A DNA stretch of 64,000 bases from Camelus dromedarius (lineage: Eukaryota): contig NC_087467.1 of assembly GCF_036321535.1 (NCBI RefSeq), forward strand, positions 14,074,001 through 14,138,000. The letters are read 5' to 3'. The notes beneath the pieces are model-generated. The model had not been told where the DNA came from. It ran no database searches and worked only from the letters and a program-made list of their open reading frames with translations. Position numbers and translations under genes: made by a program. This document shows positions 11,761 to 22,079 of the stretch, piece by piece (position 1 is the first letter of the stretch; every line of letters begins with the position of its first letter).

Positions 11761-13079
11761 GATGGCTGTTAACTACCTCCTAGTGCCGGGTGCCCTCTTC
11801 TTGAATAGACATTTGACAGCTCCTGTTGTCTTTCTGCTTCAGTCATATTTTAACATTTATTGCTACAGTCAGCTTCTCTAGGAGGAGGAGATAAAAAGAA
11901 CCGTAGTCCCTAGGTTAGGATGACATTAAAATTTCATCTTGGGTGTCAGTTCAGATTGGTTTGCAATAGCTGCTGTTTTATCGACTGCTGTGTTGAGAAG
12001 GATCCCAAGGCCGAGGCTGAGTGCTGCTCTGTGTTTGCAGACAGTCACATCAGTGCAATCTCTGGCCCAGAGTCCTTCAGTGGCTCTTCACTGCACCCAG
12101 AGTGAAATCCAGACTCCCAGATTAACGGGCTGTCAGGACTCTTGACATGACCCACGCCCTGGGTGTCTGTTCATACAGCCTCGTCCTTTGTCCCTTCACT
12201 TATAGGCTCTCGCCCACCGGCTTCCTCCAGTCCTCACGGTGCGGCAGAGACAGCAGGCTGTTAGGTATGGAGGCAGGAGGGGAGGCCGAACCACTATGCA
12301 AAACCAGGTTTCATTTAAAGTAAATTTTTTCAGACCAATAGATTAAATCAGGCCTGTTCTGATACGTAAAAGATATGAAAAAAAGATCGTTTTAAGATAT
12401 TTCTCTTAAGATATATCTGAATTATTTTTACTAAATGCTTTATCTGCCTTTTGATAGTTGGTTACAACTTGGGTTACTTGCTTTAAAATTAAGTCTGTGT
12501 GACTTCCTGTTTTCTCTTTAAATTTCTTCAAATAATCAGGATCAATAAAAATCTGATACAGTGGGTGAGATGAACCTTGTTACAAGCCTACAGTGTAGTG
12601 TATTTTTTCCAGCCCCATGGGATCTCTTGATTATTTAAACTTTTCCCAGTATGCTCGAAGACTTAAGATTTCATAAAATCCCATAAAGCACATAAATTTC
12701 TTTCTCGCAATTGGGTTGAATTCCATTGTGTTACATGATTAAAAGGAGCTAAATCTAATAAAGCATCACATTTTGTCTTCATTATATGTGTATTTAAGGA
12801 ATGAAATGTCTGTCTAGTGAAATTTCTGGTATTACTGCCTGTAAGTGAGCATTTCCTGGGGAAAGGGCTAAATGTTCGTGCGTGTCAAAGCAAAAGATTT
12901 AATAAGAAACTGGAGGCTAGTTCTGTGGAAAAATTCCATTCTTCCAGCAAATAAATACAGAAATATGTTGAAGGCGCCCCTTTAGGGAGGAATTCAGCAG
13001 TTCCTTCTGTGTGTTCCTACCAGCTTTCTGCCCTTTCCATTTCAACTTCCCTTGATACTACCCTCTCCTACCAAAGTTC

Positions 13080-13300
13080 TCAAACATCTCTAAACTGTCT
13101 CCTCTCCTGGGTAGCCTTTCCTGACTCCCCTGGGCAGAATGAATCATTTCTTCTGTGTTGCTTCCGTTTACACCTCTTTCATAGCCCTTCTGTTGCATTG
13201 TGCTTGTCTCTTGGTGATGGTAGAGACCGTATCAATTTATATCCTTGAGGTACTTAGCACAGAATCAGAGTTGCTGTCTCAGTGTTTGTTGAATGAAGGT
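13080..13300 (+). mobile_element. L2 3' end
   Basis: cctctcctgggtagcctttcctgactcccc...gaggtacttagcacagaatcaga...cagtgtttgttgaatgaa. Confidence 0.75.
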
Positions 13301-14904
13301 TGTTGAACAAATGTCATTGATACTTCTGTCCTCCCTAGAAATATATTGATATTCAATAGAGAACACAAAAGAATCAGTAACCCTCGGTAATTTCATACAG
13401 TCTGCACACACCACTCTGGATGCTTTGTGAGAGGGAGGGCTGGGTGACAGGAGTGAGCTGGGATGAGATGTTATTAAAAAATTTGTTCTCGAGGAATTTA
13501 CAGTCAAGTTGGAGCTATGAGACTTAGAGAGAGAGGAAATGAAAAAGTGGCTAAGGGGGAGAATATTAAAGGTGCTTGACTTTATGAAACTCTAGTAATT
13601 TCCTAAGACATTGTTTTTGAAATGTTACCAGTTAAATAACTTCATGGCTGTTATTCTTTACTATTGGTCTGAGAGAGCAGTTTCATGAAAATTCCTCCTG
13701 CCTTTTGAATTTTAAAACTTCACGATGTATTGTTTTCCTTACTGTCTGTTCATTTTCCTTTTTAGAAACATTTTGAAATCAATTGTTCACAAAAAGCTTT
13801 CTTGCTAGGTTTTCCTCTTAATGCTATTTTGGTCAAAATGTGCATGAATAATGCATACAATCCAATAGTATAGATTGGCAAAACCCGTAGAAAGTTACAT
13901 CACGAAATTGAGGCCCGTTTTAGCCTCTCTCTGCAGTTGCAAGGTTAGGCGCTCGTGTCTTTCTAAATCAAAACTTTCAGGACAGAAAGTGTGATATAAC
14001 GACTTTGGTTTGTCTGGAGGAGAATAACGTAGGAAGTTATGACCCACGTGAAATAAAGTTGAAGCTGATAAATGCAAATGGTAACAGTTGAGAAAAGTAA
14101 TGACATCTCTGCTGCCCGTTCACAAAAAGAAAACTTAGGGTGTGACCAAGGCGGTGAGAGTTACGCAGAAGAGCGCTGTGGCCTTTTAGTAAAAGGAGAC
14201 TGTGTCCTCTGTTCTTTGTGTCCCCAAGGCTGGTGTCCCCTCCTCCAGGTTAGTTTTGAAATGCCTGTACGTTTCTTACCTGGGCCTTTTTTTGTGAGTC
14301 TTTCCTTTCGTCTGGACCTGCTTAGTGCTTGGAGATCCCACTCACCTTTGTTTTCTTCTCGTCTTTTTCAGGGAGGGGTCAGCAATTTGCCATACTCCTT
14401 TGTTGTTGCCTTTTTTTTTGTTGTTACATAACTTTCTGTATATTTCTTCCTTACCTTCTCGTAAACCCTGCATTTCCCTTAAGGACAGAGACCTTTTTGT
14501 ATGAACTTCTGTGTTTTTTCTTTTGTCCAGGACAGGACAGGTTAATTGGTTGATGTGATGTACAGCTAATTAAGTACCACCGAATTTGAGTGTTCTTAAA
14601 CACCTGTGTATAATATGGTACAGCATTCTGGAGAACATCTAAGTAGTGGCGCCAGCTTTTAATCTTGTTTTGCGCTGATAGCATTAAAAAAAAATTTACC
14701 TAGCGGCTTAACTTAGTGTGTGTGTTTGTTGTAGGCAAATACTAGTGAATGTAATTTATCCTTTAGGTTTGAGGTTGATCTTCTGGACCTGTCTCCACTT
14801 TCTAAAGGGTTTTTATGGACTAAATTAACATCTTCATTAAATACCTATTGTCAGACCAAGTGCATTTTGTACTGTCCTTAGCGTTGAGAGCCTTTCGTTA
14901 ACCA

Positions 14905-15000
14905 GACGCACTGACCAAGTGCCTACTGTGTGGCAGGTGTCCTTAGACCCGGCAGTACCAAGGAAGTGAGATCCAGCCTGTGAATCAGACTAATGCAGGG
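14905..15000 (-). mobile_element. L2 fragment
   Basis: actgaccaagtgcctactgtgtggcaggtgtcc resembles the reverse L2 3' end. Confidence 0.5.
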
Positions 15001-17344
15001 AAGGATGGGTGCATCCTTCCTCCCAGGAGCATACCCCAGAGTTGGCCTTTACAGTCTTAGACACCCCACGGCACACCCACTAGCCTCCTGTCTTTCAATC
15101 GGTTCTCGCAGAAGCTCTGTTCCCAGCATCTCTTTGACCATCCATGACATCCGCTTCATGTTTTCGCCGTTCCTCCCTCCACACGTGTTACCAGGCTTGG
15201 GGATTGCCTGGGCTGTCACACAGTCACCCCCACCCTTCTGTCCCTGCGCTGCATTCTTCCCCCCCGTCCCAGGCCTCAAATGACCAGGTGAGGCTGCATA
15301 CAAATGTCTTTCCTGTTGCTTTGGCCATGGCTGAGACCTTCAGCTGTTCCCACAAACACTTTGTATAAACATGTGTTCACTTGTGTGTCTTCCACTAGAC
15401 TGGACTTTGAATATACGGAGGACACCAATCATATCTCATTAAATTTGTCTACACTGTTTTGACAGTTAGCCCTTTACCTCGTATTTGGTAAAGTGTTGAT
15501 TTATTAAACTGAAGTCATGTGAAAATTGTTTGTTTTGTAGCTATGGATTATTGTGTTACTGGTCCTTAGTTGTAGAATTCTTTGTAGAGTGAATGCATAG
15601 GTGACCTTCTTGAAAAATTTAAGGCAAAACAAATTGTGAAGCACTCTGGATTTTAGTAGATACAAGATTTCCAGTAGCCTGCACACAGTGGTTTGAATAA
15701 TTCTTCATCTGCAATTACATGTGCAGATCTTGCAAGTTGTGGAAAACATAGTAGATTTAGTTGCTTGGGGACAAGCCAGTACTTTTAAGAAACTGTCACA
15801 ATCAACACTGTACCATTTGGCTGATTTTGACCTTGGACATCATTCAGGGAGGATGTATCTAGAATGTCTCCGACTTGTTGCTTGCTGCCAAGATTTCTGC
15901 TTCGTGCTTTCGCCGCTTCCTCGGTACATTATTGCAGCAGTCTCTTGGCAGCCCCTTCTGGACTCACCCTGGTTTTCTGTTTGTTTTCAGTATGGTAGGT
16001 TTTGTTTATTTTCCTTGTGTTCTTCATATTTACTGTGTTATTTTTGAGTTTATGAAATTATACCTTAACGCTAAATAAAAATTTGGTTCTGATATTTTAA
16101 GCTTGGGTTACTTTGGACAGTCTTAGAACATGCCTAGTTCTTGGGAAACCATAAACAATGAAGGTACTAGGTCGAGTGTGTGTGCTTCCTGACCATTTCC
16201 TGTTACCTTAAGTAACGGGGAGGGGTTATTTGGACACTGTCCATGGTTCTTCCACATCTTGCTCCTTTGTACTATTTGTTCTCAAGCTAGTTTTCAAAGG
16301 TCATGTCAAAAAAAAAAAAAGTTTATCAGCGTAACATAAGAATTGTTGACATGTTTCTATTGTTTACTTCATGACCTCTTCCTTCAGCTTTTTGATAGGA
16401 AAACTCAAAGTAGGATAGAGGTAATGGTCCTCTCTCTAAAATTTTTTTTAAAAACCACTTTATTAAGATATGACTGATATAACACAAGCTGTACACATAC
16501 AACTTACGCAACTTGAGTAAAGTTTTAAAGCCACGTTAACCCAGTCACAGCCATTGGCTTCCATGCTGTTTGATTGAAAGGAGATTATGTTCAACCTGAA
16601 ATGTGTTCAAAATAATTTTAAGTACCAACGTGGACAGAGGTTTAAAGATCTGGGCCACCAGAGATTTGTGAACAAACTGTCTATTAATACTACTGTTTTA
16701 ATGGAGAAATTTATCAGGCAGAGATTGTGTCTGCCTTAAATGTTTGTACATAGACTAGAGCATTTAATCTTGTAAAATACAGTCTTTTTCAGAATGTTAT
16801 TCTGACACTTTTTGTATAAAAGATAATTATGAATTAAACCACCTGAACCCTTTTTGGAAATAGATGAGAATGAACAAACCCACGAATAAATACAAACTAA
16901 GCATGTCATTTCCCGCCATCACATAGGACTATACTGGTTTTCCTAACCTACTCACTAAAGTTCACTGAATAATGCAAGGCTGTTTGATAAATCCCTCACT
17001 CTGCTTTTCAGGGATGAATTGAAGTATCCTGAAAATTTGGGGTGGCTTTACTTAGTACAAAACACATGCTTAGAAGAGGAGAATGCAGTGGAAAGATGCA
17101 AGGCTAGATTTGTCTGAAATCTAGCTATAGATATTGTTAAAATTTCTGCTCCTGCATTTAAAAATACATCTGTACAAAAATCACCCAGTTTTGCTCTAGG
17201 TCTGTGTGGCTTTCTTCCAGCATTGGCGTTGAGGTCAGAGATGACAGGGCCGGAATGTAGTTCATGCATCCAGTGTGGTCAGGCTTTGGCTTTGGCTTGA
17301 CAGGTTTTTGTTTGCTTGTTTGTTTGGGTTTTCTTTCTTTTGGT

Positions 17345-17530
17345 TTTGGTTTTACTGTGGTCAAATATACATAACATATTAACCATTTTTAAGCATGCAG
17401 TTCTGTGCCATTAAGTAAGTACATTATTGTCCAACCAGCACCGCCATCCATTGCCAGATCTTTTTCATCATCTCAAAATGAAACTCTGTACCCATTAAAC
17501 GGTAACCCTCCCCTCTCCCCACCCCACCCC
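17345..17530 (-). mobile_element. L1MB-like 3' end with C-rich (minus-strand G-rich) tract at 17506-17529
   Basis: ttactgtggtcaaatatacataaca...aaccatttttaagcatgcagttc...tgaaactctgtacccattaaac. Confidence 0.8.
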
Positions 17531-18299
17531 TCCTTGTGTGTTTAAAGCATGTACAGTACTCTTACGTTACCGTAACCACCATATGTGAGGCCTTAATAAG
17601 CACACGTTTTCAGATGCTTTATGCTTTCCACTAAGACATCAATGTGTTGCCTGGTAACACTGAATGATAGGTAAGCTCTGGCCTATTTGATATTTATCTG
17701 TGTGGGCAAAATTGAAATACCTGTCATTTTAAGATGGAATCACCTCAGAGGCGCTGAGATCTATCACTTGAAAATTACTTTTATGGGCAGGTTTCACCTT
17801 AATGAGTAAGCCTCCGCAGCGACTAGGGCCTCTTTGGTACTTAGGTAAACATGTTTGAATTTAAATATACCTGGATGCATGGGTCTCCAAGTGAAATGAT
17901 GCTCTGCTGGAGTAGGTTCATGTGACTAATGCTTTGAAGGCGTAGACGTTAAGGATGGCTCCCTATTGCTAACAAAAGAAGTCCAAACTATGTCTCACTG
18001 TATACATATTGAACATCTCTGTGTTCATAGTATTAGACGTAACTGAGCTTTTGTTCTTAAGCAATGAGTTAGTCTTTATCTCGGGGACACTCTGAATCAT
18101 GTAATTGATCACATTTCCTTCTTTGCCTCTGAAGCTAGAACACTCAGAGGTAAGTTAATGATTTGCCTTTAGCAGGTAAAGAACCTCGTGGCATGTATTG
18201 GGATACTGCCTCATTCCTGGCTTCATTTTGTACTTTGACCCACCACCTGCCTTTGATCTTTACCCATCCCACCCAGTCAGCTTCATGACTGATTCACAG

Positions 18300-18690
18300 C
18301 TTCATTTCCACCCCGCTGTCCTGTCACCCCTCCTTGCTCGCATCTTCCACTCCCATCTTAATAAATGCTTCAGTGCTCTCTGCATTGGGTCATGCTGTCC
18401 CCACTGTTCCTCTGTTGTAACTCTCTTCCACCCCCAGTTCTTACTCCTTGTCGACTTAACTCAGCTCAGTCGTCAGTCACAATCACCTCCGGACACCTGG
18501 CCCCTCACTCTGTGAAGTTGGCTATTCCCTCCTCTGTGGTCCACTGTCTCCATTCAGACTTCTGTTATTGCCCCTAGAAAACTTCACTGAACTCTTGTGT
18601 TCACAGAACGATCTACTTCTGCTAGTCCACGGGCAGGGACCAAATCTTAATGTTCTTTGAATTCCGCCATGACTTGCACAAGATAAATGA
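18300..18690 (+). mobile_element. L2 3' region
   Basis: cttactccttgtcgacttaactcagctcag, ctagtccacgggcagggaccaaatcttaatgttctttgaattcc. Confidence 0.6.
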
Positions 18691-18719
18691 GGGGAAGAAT
18701 GCAGTAGTGTCAGATGTAG

Positions 18720-18850
18720 TGAAATGAGTCATGATAAAAATGTTTTAAATGGCCATTAGACTTCGCAGTGTGGAGGTAATTGGTGATCTTTGTCAGAGCC
18801 CTTAAGGGGAAGGGTCAGAATAGCTTGATTATATTAGAGGGAAGCAGGCT
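18720..18850 (-). mobile_element. L2 fragment
   Basis: aatggccattagacttcgcagtgtggaggtaattggtgatctttgtcagagc is the reverse of the L2 gtcaaggtcacc region. Confidence 0.6.
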
Positions 18851-18946
18851 GGGACCAGGGTAGAGAGTAGGGAGGACGCGGGGGAAGGGGAGAGGTGGAG
18901 GAGCAGGGAGAGACAGACTAGGAGAGGGGAGAGTCCAGCTGCTGCT

Positions 18947-18964
18947 GGGCGGGAGAGGGAGGGG
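18947..18964 (+). promoter_or_regulatory. Canonical short-loop G-quadruplex motif GGG-C-GGG-AGA-GGG-A-GGGG
   Basis: Four G-runs with loops 1/3/1, read directly; function not shown. Confidence 0.6.
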
Positions 18965-19527
18965 AACCATAAGAGTCTGTACTGCCACCTGCTAGTGTGT
19001 CCCTCGCGGTGAGCACAGTGGTCCCGTGATTGGGATGAAGGTATAGGTCTTCAGCTTGTGTTCAGTAAGTTGAAATTTTGTTTTGAGTAAAGTCTTTGCT
19101 TCATAGAAGCTCTTCCTGCCTTACCTTGTTTGGTGTTTACTGTATATCTGCTTTTTGTTAAGAATTTGCTTTTGAGGTGGATACGTCCCTATCTTATGAT
19201 TGGCATCCCTTAAATAGCAGACACAGCATCCTGTACAGAGGGATGTTTAATGAATGCTTGAGGTTTTTCACTTCAGTGCTTTTTGGTTTTTCTTGACATC
19301 TAAATTATAAAGTAATAATGCATCTTGAATAATACTAACCAGTACAGATGAAAGTATTTTGACTCTTTAAATCTCTTAATTTTTTCATACGAAGTAAGTT
19401 TGAAAATGTAGAAGTGAAAAACCACCCCGTCTGCCGCCCAGGACCACCCTCACCGTCTTTGAGTCGAGTTTTGCTCACGCTGCTCCAGACAGCTCTTCGC
19501 TCACCTGCACCTGAGCACCATTTTCAT

Positions 19528-20190
19528 TGTTCTGAGGTTTACCTGTAGGACCCCTGTAAGCAGATCAGGTAGAGGCTCCCAAAGAAAGAGAACCAGGCAT
19601 GGTATTCTTGACGTAAGAGAGGTCATTTTTGGCCTAAGCCGTTTTGTGATCTAGGCCTGGTCACAATGCTTGTTGCCCCTAAACTAGGTCTCAGTAATGA
19701 ATGATCTTAAGGGAACAAAATAATGCAGAAATAAGCAGGACTGTTACCAAAGGTAATAAATTGGTTGTAAAGACTCCCAGTGGTAACGATTAGCCTGAAG
19801 CACTTTCTTGACGGGGGTGTGGTAGGCATTTACAGAATTCAAACCCTCTTTGGGCGCTTAACCACCTGATGGTCAGCTGGGACCTAAGGAATGATGATGT
19901 TGACCTTTTCTGACCCTCATGACTTCAGTCAACTAAAGCTTCGACTCTTCCACCCTTTGCCCCAATTCTACATTGAATTTTCCTCTGCTCAAACTCCTCT
20001 GTGAATATGCACATCCCTTTAGCTTCAAACTTCCCTAATTTTGCCTTTCAGGGAGACACTGCTTGGGGGAAATCCCCGGTGTTCTCCTTACTTGGTGCAA
20101 GTAATAAATCCTTCCTTCTCCTGCTCCTTGGCTGGGTTGTGTCTTTTTGCTCGACACCCACCAAGAGGCAAACCCAGTTTTCAGGTAACA
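19528..20190 (+). mobile_element. Solo LTR, ERV1-class-like, ~663 bp, sense to the gene
   Basis: TG...CA termini (tgttctgagg...tcaggtaaca), AATAAA at 20103-20108 followed by a U5-like pyrimidine stretch, imperfect 4-bp flanks tcat/ccat; the 5' boundary is the less certain. Confidence 0.75.
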
Positions 20191-21922
20191 CCATCTCTCC
20201 TGTACCCTTTCCTGATACGCATTTGCCTCCCCCCACAAGTAGCCTGTTCCCCTCTTTGCCTCGCTGAGCCCTCGACCCGCTTCTGTCATTTTACTTCTCT
20301 GTTTACCTGAACCAGACTGATCTTTCTTTAAGGTAGAGTGAAATTATTTTTTTTGCTTGTATTTTAGAGTTGTAAAATGGTATTCTCATCTTTTTTGTCT
20401 TAGCATTATTTTAAAAGCAGTTTTCTATTTTACAAAATTGTTTTTCTTAGTATAATTTTAACAGGTGTTTGTTTCATCTAATGGGTGACCGTTAGCTATT
20501 CAGGTTGTCTTCACTTTTTTTCAGTAAAATATTGTCACTGCCTCCCAGAATTGACAGTGAAAAATAAATATTGCTTAAAATTTGTTAAAATATCTGTTTC
20601 TCCGCTATAAGGTATGTGACAGAACAAAGCTATATTTTCAATTCTGGCAAAGTTGTATTTGCAGAAAATAAAAATAACTTCACTAGTATTGAGTATATTC
20701 TGCAAGTAATGTAACACCATTCAGAGGATCCAAAGTTCAAGGTGTGCTGTCCAGCCTGCAGTTGGGCTTGTCCAGCAGTGGTTACCAGTCAACCTAATGT
20801 GATGAAAATAAGGGTCCATGATTTGGGCCAAATTATAGAATGCAGTAGGGGGAAGAGAAAGTGTTAAAATTTTTTTATTTTCTGAACATTTTAGCTATAA
20901 TACATACTAAGCAGGTGGCCTAAAAATTATTTAAGGAAATTTACTTGAATATGTGTAAGAGTTCTTCCCTAGAGCAGAGGAGAGTTGAGTGTATAGTCAT
21001 CTGCTTAAGGAAAGTTAGATGTTACCTTGAATTTGCATTTTAATAAAAACTTAGGCACCATTTAAAGTTTTCTGGAGATTGAATGGCTGTTGCTTTGAGC
21101 TGAAACAGAGCATTAAACAAGGAGTCAGGAAACCCAACTCACAAACCATGGGACCATCAGCATACTTGTCCACCCCTAGTCCTTCCTCATCATTACCAAA
21201 GCACCCTGGAGATGCTGGGAGGAGATGAGGATGTGAGTGTGCCTGAAAACTGTAATGTAGTGTGCAAAAATAAGTTGTCTTATTATTCCCAAACAAGCAG
21301 ATGGCTCCAAGCTGAGTACACAGCCAACGGGGAATGTGGCATTTCTACCCTAAAAATGCCTGCCTGATAACTAGATTTTATATGCCCACTTCGGGCTTTA
21401 GCTCTTGAGGATTTAAATAATATAATACCAGAAGAAGTGTTTTCTAAAGTATTTAAGAATTACCCTTGCTTTTGTGTCTATAGTAGTGGATATAACTTAC
21501 ACTCTTCCCAAGTACAGTCACTGCTGCTTTTTTCTTATACATGAATTTTTAAAGTTGAATGTTTGTTTGTTTGTTTTAAGTTATGCCTCTTCTAAGATGC
21601 TTTGAGAGGGAAGATAAAAACAAATTTGGGGAGGGGAATACTGAATATAATTTCTTGCAGAATTGGATAATCTTTGGAAGTCTCTTTTAATGTATAAAAT
21701 CTGTTCAGTTCTAAGTTTGTATAATCCTATATCTGTTTCCACTTTAGCCTTATTGGGTACAGGTTCTCTGAAATCCCTGAGAAGGTAGTTAACGGATGGA
21801 TTGTTGAAGGACAAAGTAGGCTGCTTAGGTTTCAAGGCCTGATGCATTAAGGGAGATATCCATTGTTACCGGAGCCTCGCACCAAAGTTCAGTTCATTGA
21901 CCGTGAACATGCTCTGCCACAG

Positions 21923-22079
21923 ATTCCGAGTCCGAACGGACCCTGAGTAGATTGGAAGCTGTGACCGCACACTCCTTTGAAGAGGAAAGAGAACACCTGA
22001 GCAGCGGAAAGCACAGAATGTCCGAAGGAAAAGACTGTGGTGGTGGAGATGCTCTCTCCAATGGCATCAAAAAACACAG
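21923..22079 (+). CDS. OSBPL1A: OSBPL1A coding exon (~17), 157 nt: (D)SESERTLSRLEAVTAHSFEEEREHLSSGKHRMSEGKDCGGGDALSNGIKKH(R); contains the ORP1S start ATG at 22018-22020
   Basis: Acceptor ctctgccacag|AT, donor CACAG|gtggga; phase 1 entry and phase 2 exit fit the neighbours; MSEGKDCGGGDALSNGIKKHR matches the recalled ORP1S N-terminus. Confidence 0.96.

Noticed and set aside
16990-17050. Strong-looking acceptor ccctcactctgcttttcag|g at 17011
   Set aside because: No convincing donor found downstream; isolated acceptors are common in introns
17506-17529. Minus-strand G-quadruplex motif
   Set aside because: It is the ordinary G-rich tract of an L1 3'UTR
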